A stretch of 51,173 nt of DNA from Eubacteriales bacterium. GTDB lineage: Bacteria; Bacillota; Clostridia; Oscillospirales; SIG627. The notes under the pieces were generated by a model that did not search any database, was not told the DNA's origin, and saw only the letters and a program-made list of their open reading frames with translations. Location: the NCBI GenBank assembly GCA_045580105.1, contig JAZNNH010000043.1:1-51173 (forward strand), written 5' to 3'. Made by a program: the position numbers and the translations under genes. This document shows, in pieces, positions 8,859 to 15,998 of this stretch (position 1 is its first letter; every line of letters begins with the position of its first letter).

Positions 8859-10079
8859 ATGGAAATTTATGAAGAACTTCAAAAACGCGGATTGATCGCG
8901 CAGGTGACGGACGAAAAGGAGATTCGTGAACTGCTCAACTCCGGCGGAGCTCGTTTTTACATCGGTTTTGACCCCACTGCCGATTCGCTTCACTGCGGCC
9001 ACTTTATGGCACTTTGCCTGATGAAGCGTTTGCAGATGGCAGGCAATAAGCCCGTTGTTTTGCTGGGCGGCGGTACGGGATATATCGGTGACCCCTCCGG
9101 CAGAACAGATATGCGATCCATGCTCACGCCCGAGACCATCGAGCACAACTGTCAGTGCTTCAAGAAGCAGATGGAACGCTTCATTGAATTCGGTGACGAC
9201 AAGGCAATTATGGTGAACAACGCCGATTGGCTCTTGAAGCTCAATTACGTGGAGCTTCTTCGCGAGGTGGGCGCGTGCTTTTCCGTGAACAATATGCTTC
9301 GTGCCGAGTGCTACAAGCAAAGAATGGAAAAGGGCTTGTCTTTCCTCGAATTCAACTATATGATTATGCAGTCCTACGACTTCTATCACCTGTCCAAGGA
9401 ATACGGCTGTAATATGCAGTTCGGCGGCGACGATCAGTGGTCGAATATGCTGGGCGGTACGGAGCTGATCCGCAAGAAGACCGGCAAGGACGCCTATGCG
9501 ATGACCATTACCCTGCTTCTCAACTCCGAGGGTAAGAAAATGGGTAAGACCCAGTCCGGTGCGGTTTGGCTTGATCCCGAAAAAACCTCGCCCTTTGACT
9601 TTTATCAGTATTGGAGAAACGTGGCGGATGCGGACGTACTCAAGTGCATCCGTATGCTCACCTTCCTGCCTTTGGAAGAAATCGAAAAGATGGAATCTTG
9701 GGAGGGAAGCCAGCTTAACGTTGCCAAGGATATTCTCGCCTATGAATTGACCTTGCTCGTTCACGGCGAGGAAGAAGCGAAAAAGGCAAGAGAAGCGTCC
9801 AAGGCGCTGTTCGGCGGTTCGGGCTCGAACGCCAATATGCCCAGCTTCGCTCTGACGGATGCAGATTTCACCGACGGCGCCATCAACGTGATGGATCTGA
9901 TGGTGAAAGCCGGTCTTTGCCCCTCTAAGGGCGAAGCCAGACGTTTGGTTCAGCAGGGCGGTGTTTCCGTGAACGATGAAAAGATCACCGATATTGCCAA
10001 AACCTTCGACAGCGCACAGTTCGACTCCGAATTCATCCTGCGCAAGGGCAAGAAAGTCTTTATTAAGATTACGAAATAA
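8859..10079 (+). CDS. tyrS: tyrosine--tRNA ligase
   Basis: HIGH-type HCGH, KMSKS-type KMGKT, C-terminal S4 domain; only 21 nt after recN. Confidence 0.95.
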   Translation: MEIYEELQKRGLIAQVTDEKEIRELLNSGGARFYIGFDPTADSLHCGHFMALCLMKRLQMAGNKPVVLLGGGTGYIGDPSGRTDMRSMLTPETIEHNCQCFKKQMERFIEFGDDKAIMVNNADWLLKLNYVELLREVGACFSVNNMLRAECYKQRMEKGLSFLEFNYMIMQSYDFYHLSKEYGCNMQFGGDDQWSNMLGGTELIRKKTGKDAYAMTITLLLNSEGKKMGKTQSGAVWLDPEKTSPFDFYQYWRNVADADVLKCIRMLTFLPLEEIEKMESWEGSQLNVAKDILAYELTLLVHGEEEAKKAREASKALFGGSGSNANMPSFALTDADFTDGAINVMDLMVKAGLCPSKGEARRLVQQGGVSVNDEKITDIAKTFDSAQFDSEFILRKGKKVFIKITK

Positions 10080-10093
10080 TATTTTAGATATAT

Positions 10094-10296
10094 GCAGGGC
10101 TGCCGCCCCGCAGTTACTTTCTTTGAAAAAAAGTAACCAAAGAAACTTTCCGAATAAAAAGAAAAGGACTGGTATTTCCAGTCCTTTTTTCTTTTTATAT
10201 TGATCTATTACAGTTTTCTTTGTCACACTTTCTTTTTGAAAAGAAAGTGTGGGTTGAAGTTTTCTTTGCCTACTTTCTTTTTCAAAAGAAAGTAGG
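10094..10296 (+). repeat. modular palindromic repeat element, copy A (GC-rich head, inverted L unit, terminator module, two R hairpin units)
   Basis: gcagggctgccgccccgcag; L hairpin 10113-10137 plus caaagaaactttc; terminator 10162-10190; R hairpins 10224-10251 and 10269-10296, each preceded by agttttctttg. Confidence 0.85.
10162..10190. terminator. bidirectional intrinsic terminator carried inside repeat copy A
   Basis: A-run, GGACTGG-tattt-CCAGTCC, T6; sits between convergent tyrS and cysE. Confidence 0.75.
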
Positions 10297-11139
10297 TTAG
10301 TTTTGAGGGGGCGTGTAGTAGAGCGTTTTGCCGGCTTCCACGGAGCGGGTCAGCCAAACGGACGCGCCGATCACACAGCCGTCGCCCACGGTGGTGTCAC
10401 CGCCCAAAATGGTCGCGTTGGCGTAGATAATGACGTGGTTTCCGATATTGGGATGGCGCTTGAGATCCTTGATGGGATGACCGTTTTCATCCAGCTCGAA
10501 GCTCTTCGCACCCAGCGTCACACCCTGATAGAGCTTAACGTGGTCGCCGATCACGCAGGTTTCGCCCACAACGATACCGGTTCCGTGGTCAATGAAGAAA
10601 TACTCGCCGATGGTCGCACCCGCGTGAATATCGACACCCGTTTTTTCGTGTGCGTATTCGGTCATAATACGGGGGATCATGGGGATTTTGAGGGTGTAAA
10701 GCTCGTGCGCCAGTCGGTAAATGGAAATGGCGTAAAAGCCGGGGTAGCAAAGAAGAACTTCCTCGTGGCTCTTGGCGGCAGGGTCGCCTTGATAAATCGC
10801 TTCGATGTCCTTCATGAGAAGGGTTTTGATGTGAGGAAGCGTTTCCAAAAACGCGGCAGCGCTGATTTTTGCATCCGGCGCATCGGTCTGAAGGCGCGAC
10901 GCTTTTTCGATCAGCGTAATCAGTTCGTTTTCAATTTTTCGCAGTAGGGAAAGAGAGCTCAGTCCTTCCTGCGTGACGGAACGGCTCTTAAAATAGCCCG
11001 GGAATAAGAGGGATTGCAGATCTTTAATCAGATCGACCACTTCTTTTCGATTGGGCAAAAGCACGTCGCACTCTGCCTGCGCAATCTTGCTTTCCTTTCC
11101 GATTTGATCCAATCGGCTTTGAATGTCTTCCAGGTTCAT
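10297..11139 (-). CDS. cysE: serine O-acetyltransferase (long form)
   Basis: hexapeptide-repeat C-terminal half DIHAGATIGEYFFIDHGTGIVVGETCVIGDHVKLYQGVTLGA. Confidence 0.85.
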   Translation of the reverse strand: MNLEDIQSRLDQIGKESKIAQAECDVLLPNRKEVVDLIKDLQSLLFPGYFKSRSVTQEGLSSLSLLRKIENELITLIEKASRLQTDAPDAKISAAAFLETLPHIKTLLMKDIEAIYQGDPAAKSHEEVLLCYPGFYAISIYRLAHELYTLKIPMIPRIMTEYAHEKTGVDIHAGATIGEYFFIDHGTGIVVGETCVIGDHVKLYQGVTLGAKSFELDENGHPIKDLKRHPNIGNHVIIYANATILGGDTTVGDGCVIGASVWLTRSVEAGKTLYYTPPQN

Positions 11140-11166
11140 GGCACATCTCCGAAGTTGTTTTTTTTG

Positions 11167-11195
11167 ATTATACTATGCCAAGATTTTCTTGTCAA
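11167..11195 (-). promoter_or_regulatory. consensus sigma-A promoter for cysE
   Basis: minus strand TTGACA (11195-11190), 17 nt spacer, TATAAT (11172-11167). Confidence 0.7.
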
Positions 11196-11197
11196 TG

Positions 11198-11228
11198 AAA
11201 AAACAGCCCCCGAAACTTCGGGGGCTGT
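11198..11228 (-). terminator. intrinsic terminator downstream of spo0A
   Basis: minus strand CAGCCCCCGAA/TTCGGGGGCTG hairpin followed by T6; a second weaker hairpin lies at 11236-11268. Confidence 0.75.
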
Positions 11229-11269
11229 TTGATGAAAAAGCAGAAGCCGAGGGGAAAGCCCCTGCTTTT

Positions 11270-12031
11270 TTAACCTGCCAGACCGCGCATTTTAAGGCGG
11301 AGATTGTCGGCGATCATCGCCACAAATTCGGAATTGGTGGGTTTTCCCTTAGTGTTTTGCACCGTGTATCCGAAAAAGGAGTTGAGCATATCCACGTCGC
11401 CTCGGTCCCAAGCCACTTCAATGGCGTGACGAATGGCGCGTTCCACGCGCGAGGAGGTGGTGTTAAACTCCTTTGCCACGGAGGGGTAAAGGGTTTTGGT
11501 GACCTCGGAAATGATGCGATGATCCCGCACGACCATCATAATCGCGCATCGGAGGTACTGATAGCCCTTGATGTGCGCGGGAATTCCCACCTGATGAATG
11601 ATGCGGGTCACTTGCGCCTCTAAATCAAATTCATCTTCCAAACGGAATTTTTCTTCGCTGCAAACCTGATGAATCTTTTCCGCCAGCGCTTCGTAGTCAA
11701 AGGGCTTGAGAACACAGCTGGAAATCCCGTTTGCAAACGCATCCTCCAATACCGCCTTGTTGTTCACCGCCGTCACCAAAATAAACTTCGGTGCGCGCAG
11801 CTTTAAGTCGCGCCGTACCTCCCGAATCAAGCTTGCCAGATCATACCCCGGAAACCAAAGGTCCAGCAAAACCACGTCGGGCTTTAGGTTTTTAATCGCA
11901 AGAAGCGCTTCTCCGCCGTCGCCGCTGTCACCGACCACGCAAAAGCCCAAATTGGCAAGACTCTCGCGACAAACAAAACGGAAATCATTTCCGGAATCAA
12001 TAATGTATACTTTTTCTTTTGGCTCTTTCAT
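11270..12031 (-). CDS. spo0A: sporulation master regulator Spo0A
   Basis: receiver domain plus signature C-terminal domain ([25 protein letters not shown]..., [31 protein letters not shown]); start trimmed to MKEPKEK behind SD ggaaggg. Confidence 0.95.
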   Translation of the reverse strand: MKEPKEKVYIIDSGNDFRFVCRESLANLGFCVVGDSGDGGEALLAIKNLKPDVVLLDLWFPGYDLASLIREVRRDLKLRAPKFILVTAVNNKAVLEDAFANGISSCVLKPFDYEALAEKIHQVCSEEKFRLEDEFDLEAQVTRIIHQVGIPAHIKGYQYLRCAIMMVVRDHRIISEVTKTLYPSVAKEFNTTSSRVERAIRHAIEVAWDRGDVDMLNSFFGYTVQNTKGKPTNSEFVAMIADNLRLKMRGLAG

Positions 12032-12081
12032 ATTCAACCCTTCCTTTTCAAAAAATACGTTCTTTCCCTTTCGGCGTTCTA

Positions 12082-12110
12082 ATTTTACCAATAATTGGTA
12101 ATTTTTGCAA
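12082..12110 (-). promoter_or_regulatory. candidate spo0A sigma-A promoter with embedded 17-nt palindrome
   Basis: minus strand TTGCAA (12110-12105), 17 nt spacer, TAAAAT (12087-12082). TTACCAATAATTGGTAA at 12085-12101 fills the spacer. Two more TTACCAATTTT copies lie at 12129-12139 and 12139-12149. Confidence 0.45.
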
Positions 12111-12232
12111 TACCTTTTGGAAAGAAAATTACCAATTTTTACCAATTTTGTAGAAGTGAACAAAATCGCTTTGCTTTTTGTGTGTTTTGTTCCAAATACC
12201 GGGGGAGAAAAGGCGTGGCTTTTGCCAAAGTT

Positions 12233-12239
12233 TGTCGAA
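12233..12239 (+). promoter_or_regulatory. 0A-box-like heptamer TGTCGAA
   Basis: exact match to the TGNCGAA Spo0A box consensus, about 200 nt upstream of spo0A. Confidence 0.4.
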
Positions 12240-12349
12240 TGGTGCGTTTTTGCCCGATCCGGTGCTTGTCGGGGTCGGATTTTCTCGCCCTTTCCCTTCT
12301 TTTCCAGTTTACTTGCCGCTCGGTGCTGATTTCATCGAAGCGCGCTGAC

Positions 12350-12387
12350 AAAAAAACACAAAAGACCGATTTTTTCGGTCTTTTGTG
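12350..12387 (-). terminator. orphan intrinsic terminator (no upstream gene on this strand in the window)
   Basis: perfect 12-bp stem 12357-12368/12376-12387, 7-nt loop, followed on the minus strand by T7. Confidence 0.5.
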
Positions 12388-12405
12388 CGGAACGAAAAGG
12401 GCTCT

Positions 12406-12412
12406 TGTCGAA
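12406..12412 (+). promoter_or_regulatory. 0A-box-like heptamer TGTCGAA
   Basis: second exact TGTCGAA, about 375 nt upstream of spo0A. Confidence 0.35.
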
Positions 12413-12477
12413 AAAACAGTTCGTGTGGCCCAAGCGCGGCAAAAAGATGAAACATCTTTGTTTTTTTCACAAATTTA

Positions 12478-12506
12478 TTGACTTTACGGCAAAAAAGTGT
12501 TAATCT
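12478..12506 (+). promoter_or_regulatory. promoter of the T-box operon
   Basis: TTGACT (12478-12483), 17 nt spacer, TAATCT (12501-12506) preceded by TGT. Confidence 0.55.
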
Positions 12507-12512
12507 ACCTAT

Positions 12513-12750
12513 GATATAAAACACGAGGAAGAAGACAAGTACCTCTTCGACTTTTTTGCAAGAGAGCTGCCGGTTGGTGCAAGGCAGTCGAAAAGAGAGG
12601 AGGGAATACCCTTTGGAGTGGCTTTTCCGAAACAAAGTAGGAAAAGACGGGTGCGCCCGATACTGCGCTTTGAGACTGTCCTATGACAGTGAATATGAGG
12701 TGGTACCACGATTCTGTCGTCCTTGTGCTTATAGCTCAAGGGCGTTTTTT
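12513..12750 (+). promoter_or_regulatory. T-box riboswitch leader, probable Tyr (UAC) specifier
   Basis: AGUA 12538-12541; AGAGAG bulge 12561-12566; distal loop GGUUGGUGCAA 12572-12582; GAA-UAC 12604-12609; K-turn halves 12522-12529 and 12615-12620; T-box sequence AAUAUGAGGUGGUACCACG 12692-12710; terminator CGUCCUUG/CAAGGGCG plus U6 at 12718-12750. Confidence 0.85.
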
Positions 12751-12774
12751 GTTGGTACCCGAAAGGAAGTTTTT

Positions 12775-14406
12775 ATGGCGATTACTGATTTTTTGGAGCG
12801 CAACGCGCGCCTGTACGGACGGGAAACGGCTCTGGTGGAGCTCAATCCTACCGAGGAACGCGATCTGGGCGTGACTTGGCGCGATTTTAATCTGATTGAA
12901 GGAACTGCCGATGCCCCCTATCGCAGAGAATACACTTGGAGCGATTTTGACCGCAGAGCCAACCGCTTTGCCAATCTTCTTTTGAGCCGCGGATTTGAGC
13001 GCGGCACGAAGGTTGCCATTCTTTTGATGAATTGCCTCGAGTGGCTTCCCATCTATTTCGGCATTTTGAAGGCGGGCTGCATTGCGGTTCCCATGAATTT
13101 CCGCTATTCGAGCGCTGAGATCAAATACTGTTTGGAGCTGGCAGACGTATCCGCGCTGGTTTTCGGTCCGGAATTCATCACGCGGATGGATCCGGTCGTT
13201 CCCACGCTTTCGGAAGTCAAAACCTTTTTCTTCGTCGGAAAATCCACCCCGGCTTATGCCGAGGACTGTCTGAAGATCATGGGCTTTTGCTCCTCTTCCG
13301 CCCCGCCTGTCAAGCTCGAGGACGAGGACGTTGCCGCGATTTATTTTTCTTCGGGTACGACGGGATTTCCCAAGGCGATCCTGCACAATCACAGAGCGCT
13401 CGTGTCCTCTTGTGAAACCGAGCAGAACCACCACGGACAAACGCGCTCTGACGTCTTCCTTTGCATTCCGCCGCTGTATCATACGGGCGCGAAGATGCAC
13501 TGGTTCGGCTCACTCCTTTCCGCCGGCCGCGCGGTTCTGCTTCGCGGCGTCAAACCGGAATGGATTTTGCGCGCCGTGACGGAAGAAAAATGCACCATCG
13601 TATGGCTTTTGGTGCCGTGGGCGCAGGATATTCTGGATGCCATCGAGTCGGGAAAAATCAATCTCGAGGATTATTATCTGGATCAGTGGCGCTTGATGCA
13701 CATCGGCGCGCAGCCCGTGCCGCCGAGCTTGGTGCGCCGCTGGCAAAAGATTTTCCCGCGCCACGAGTACGATACCAACTACGGTCTTTCCGAATCCATC
13801 GGTCCTGGCTGTGTACATCTGGGTGTGGAAAACGTACATAAGGTGGGCGCCATCGGAAAACCCGGCTATCTGTGGGAAGCCAAGATCGTCGTGGGCGATC
13901 GCATTGCCGAAAAGGGCGAAGTGGGCGAGCTTTGCGTCAAAGGCCCCGGCGTGATGCTTTGTTATTATAAAAATCCGCAAGCCACCGAAGAAGTGTTAAA
14001 AGACGGTTGGCTCTATACCGGCGATATGGCAAAAGAAGACGAAGACGGTTTTCTGTATCTGGTCGATCGCAAGAAAGACGTTGTCATTTCCGGCGGAGAA
14101 AACATTTATCCCGTTCAGATCGAGGACTTTTTGCGCGGCCATGAAAAAATCAAGGACGTTGCGGTCATCGGTCTTCCCGACACCCGTCAGGGAGAGATCT
14201 GCGCGGCGATCATTGAACTCAAAGACGGCGAAGATTGCACGCAGGAAGAAATCGATGAATTTTGCACCGGTCTTCCTCGCTACAAGCGCCCCCGCAAGGT
14301 CTTTTTCGACAAGGTGCCCCGTAACCCCACCGGAAAGATCGAAAAGCCCGCTCTTCGTGAAAAATACTGCAAGGGTCGGCTGGTAGAAGCGCAAATCAAC
14401 GGATAG
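12775..14406 (+). CDS. AMP-dependent acyl-CoA synthetase/ligase (substrate unknown)
   Basis: YFSSGTTGFPKAILHNH AMP-binding motif, YGLSE, GWLYTGDMA, PRNPTGKIEK; start trimmed to MAITDF behind SD gaaaggaag. Confidence 0.85.
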   Translation: MAITDFLERNARLYGRETALVELNPTEERDLGVTWRDFNLIEGTADAPYRREYTWSDFDRRANRFANLLLSRGFERGTKVAILLMNCLEWLPIYFGILKAGCIAVPMNFRYSSAEIKYCLELADVSALVFGPEFITRMDPVVPTLSEVKTFFFVGKSTPAYAEDCLKIMGFCSSSAPPVKLEDEDVAAIYFSSGTTGFPKAILHNHRALVSSCETEQNHHGQTRSDVFLCIPPLYHTGAKMHWFGSLLSAGRAVLLRGVKPEWILRAVTEEKCTIVWLLVPWAQDILDAIESGKINLEDYYLDQWRLMHIGAQPVPPSLVRRWQKIFPRHEYDTNYGLSESIGPGCVHLGVENVHKVGAIGKPGYLWEAKIVVGDRIAEKGEVGELCVKGPGVMLCYYKNPQATEEVLKDGWLYTGDMAKEDEDGFLYLVDRKKDVVISGGENIYPVQIEDFLRGHEKIKDVAVIGLPDTRQGEICAAIIELKDGEDCTQEEIDEFCTGLPRYKRPRKVFFDKVPRNPTGKIEKPALREKYCKGRLVEAQING

Positions 14407-14417
14407 GAGTTGGGTGT

Positions 14418-15998
14418 ATGTTCATTAAAATTTCCATGCTGATCGTGTTTTTTTCCGTGATGATCGGCGTCGGCTTTTCCTGCCGCAAGCACGCCACGGA
14501 CGTGAACGGCTTTGTTTTGGGCGGCAGAAGCGTCGGCCCTTGGCTGACGGCGTTTGCCTACGGCACGTCTTATTTTTCCGCCGTGGTCTTCGTGGGCTAT
14601 GCCGGCCAGTTCGGCTGGAAATACGGCATTGCCGCCACGTGGGCGGGCATCGGAAACGCCCTGATCGGATCGCTCATGGCTTGGGCGATTTTGGGCAGAA
14701 GAACCAGAGTTATGACCCAGCATCTGGATTCGGCTACGATGCCGCAGTTTTTTCAGGCACGTTTGGATTCCAAGGGCTTAAAGCTTGCGTCCTCGGCTCT
14801 GATTTTCATTTTTATGATCCCGTATACCGCCTCGCTTTATAACGGCTTGAGCCGCCTTTTTGGAATGGCGTTCGGCATCGATTACACTTGGTGTGTCGTT
14901 GCGATGGCAATCCTGACGGGTGTTTACGTGACGGTGGGCGGCTATATGGCAACGGCGGTTAACGATTTTATTCAGGGCATTGTGATGCTCTTCGGAATCG
15001 TTTTGGTGATTGCCGCGGTTCTGCATACAAAGGGCGGCTTTACCGCCGCGCTCGATGCGCTTTCCCGCGTTTCCGATCCCACGGTTTCCTCCTCCCCCGG
15101 TGCGTTTGCCTCGTTCTTCGGACCGGATGGGAAGGGACTTGCGGGCGTGGTGATCCTCACTTCCTTGGGAACGTGGGGACTTCCGCAGATGGTGCAGAAG
15201 TTTTACGCCATCAAAAGCGAAAAGCAGATTAATAAAGGTATGATCATTTCCACCCTCTTTGCTCTGGTGGTTGCCGGCGGATGTTATTTTCTCGGCGGCT
15301 TCGGACGGCTGTTTTGCGACGGCGCCCTCGTGGCGAGGGAAGGGTACGATGCCATCATTCCCGCCATGCTCGAGCCCTTGCCCGATTTTCTGATCGCCAT
15401 TGTGGTGATCTTGGTTCTTTCGGCTTCCATGTCCACGCTTTCTTCCCTTGTGATGACCTCCAGCTCGACCTTGACGCTGGATTTTCTCAAGGGAAACGTG
15501 ATCCGGAATATGAAAGAAAAGACCCAGCTCTTGCTTTTGCGACTGCTTGTGGTTGTGTTTATTGCCATTTCCGCGGTCATCGCCATTTATCAAAGTTCGG
15601 CGGGCGGTGACGGCGTGAAGTATATTGCCCAGTTAATGGGCATTTCTTGGGGTGCGATGGCGGGCTCGTTCTTAGCTCCGTTTCTTTACGGCTTGTATTG
15701 GAAAGGGCTCACGCGCGCCGCGGTTTGGGTGAATATGCTCTTTTCCACCGCCGTGATGGTGGGCTGCATTTTGCCCGGTGTGAAGGAAATGTATCCTCCC
15801 TTCCTGCAATCGCCCATCAATGCCGGCGCGTTTTGTATGCTCGCAGGGCTTGTGATTACCCCGCTTGTCAGTTTGGTGACCAAAAAAACGGACAAAGCAA
15901 AAATCGAATCGGTGTTCTCTTGCTATGAACGCATGGTCACGGTTACCGTGAAAGATTCCATCGGAGAAGCCGCAGAAAGAAAAGGAGAAAGCAAATGA
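14418..15998 (+). CDS. sodium:solute symporter (SSS) family transporter
   Basis: 526 aa polytopic membrane protein with SSS-like N-terminal helices (GGRSVGPWLTAFAYGTSYFSAVVFVGYAG). Confidence 0.75.
   Translation: MFIKISMLIVFFSVMIGVGFSCRKHATDVNGFVLGGRSVGPWLTAFAYGTSYFSAVVFVGYAGQFGWKYGIAATWAGIGNALIGSLMAWAILGRRTRVMTQHLDSATMPQFFQARLDSKGLKLASSALIFIFMIPYTASLYNGLSRLFGMAFGIDYTWCVVAMAILTGVYVTVGGYMATAVNDFIQGIVMLFGIVLVIAAVLHTKGGFTAALDALSRVSDPTVSSSPGAFASFFGPDGKGLAGVVILTSLGTWGLPQMVQKFYAIKSEKQINKGMIISTLFALVVAGGCYFLGGFGRLFCDGALVAREGYDAIIPAMLEPLPDFLIAIVVILVLSASMSTLSSLVMTSSSTLTLDFLKGNVIRNMKEKTQLLLLRLLVVVFIAISAVIAIYQSSAGGDGVKYIAQLMGISWGAMAGSFLAPFLYGLYWKGLTRAAVWVNMLFSTAVMVGCILPGVKEMYPPFLQSPINAGAFCMLAGLVITPLVSLVTKKTDKAKIESVFSCYERMVTVTVKDSIGEAAERKGESK

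Noticed and set aside
10269-10299. The hairpins ending in GTTA next to gene ends might be integron attC sites
   Set aside because: The junctions (GTTAGTT, GTTATTC, GTTATTT) do not fit the GTTRRRY core. No intI is present, the flanking genes are core housekeeping genes on both strands, and the stems are AT-rich perfect palindromes without the extrahelical bases typical of attC.
12095-12481. ORFs in the spo0A upstream region (12095-12481 +, 12105-12329 +, 12139-12351 -)
   Set aside because: They have no SD or credible start (one uses TTG without an SD). They run through a strong terminator hairpin and promoter elements, and their products are Cys/Arg-rich with no motifs. The region is better explained as regulatory DNA.
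12611-12617. Alternative T-box specifiers UUU (Phe) or UGG (Trp) in CUUUGGA
   Set aside because: In my fold these bases form the GAAG/CUUU helix and the G-A pairs of the K-turn, not the specifier loop. The UGGU antiterminator bulge also predicts discriminator A, which argues against tRNA-Trp (G73 in bacteria, as I recall).
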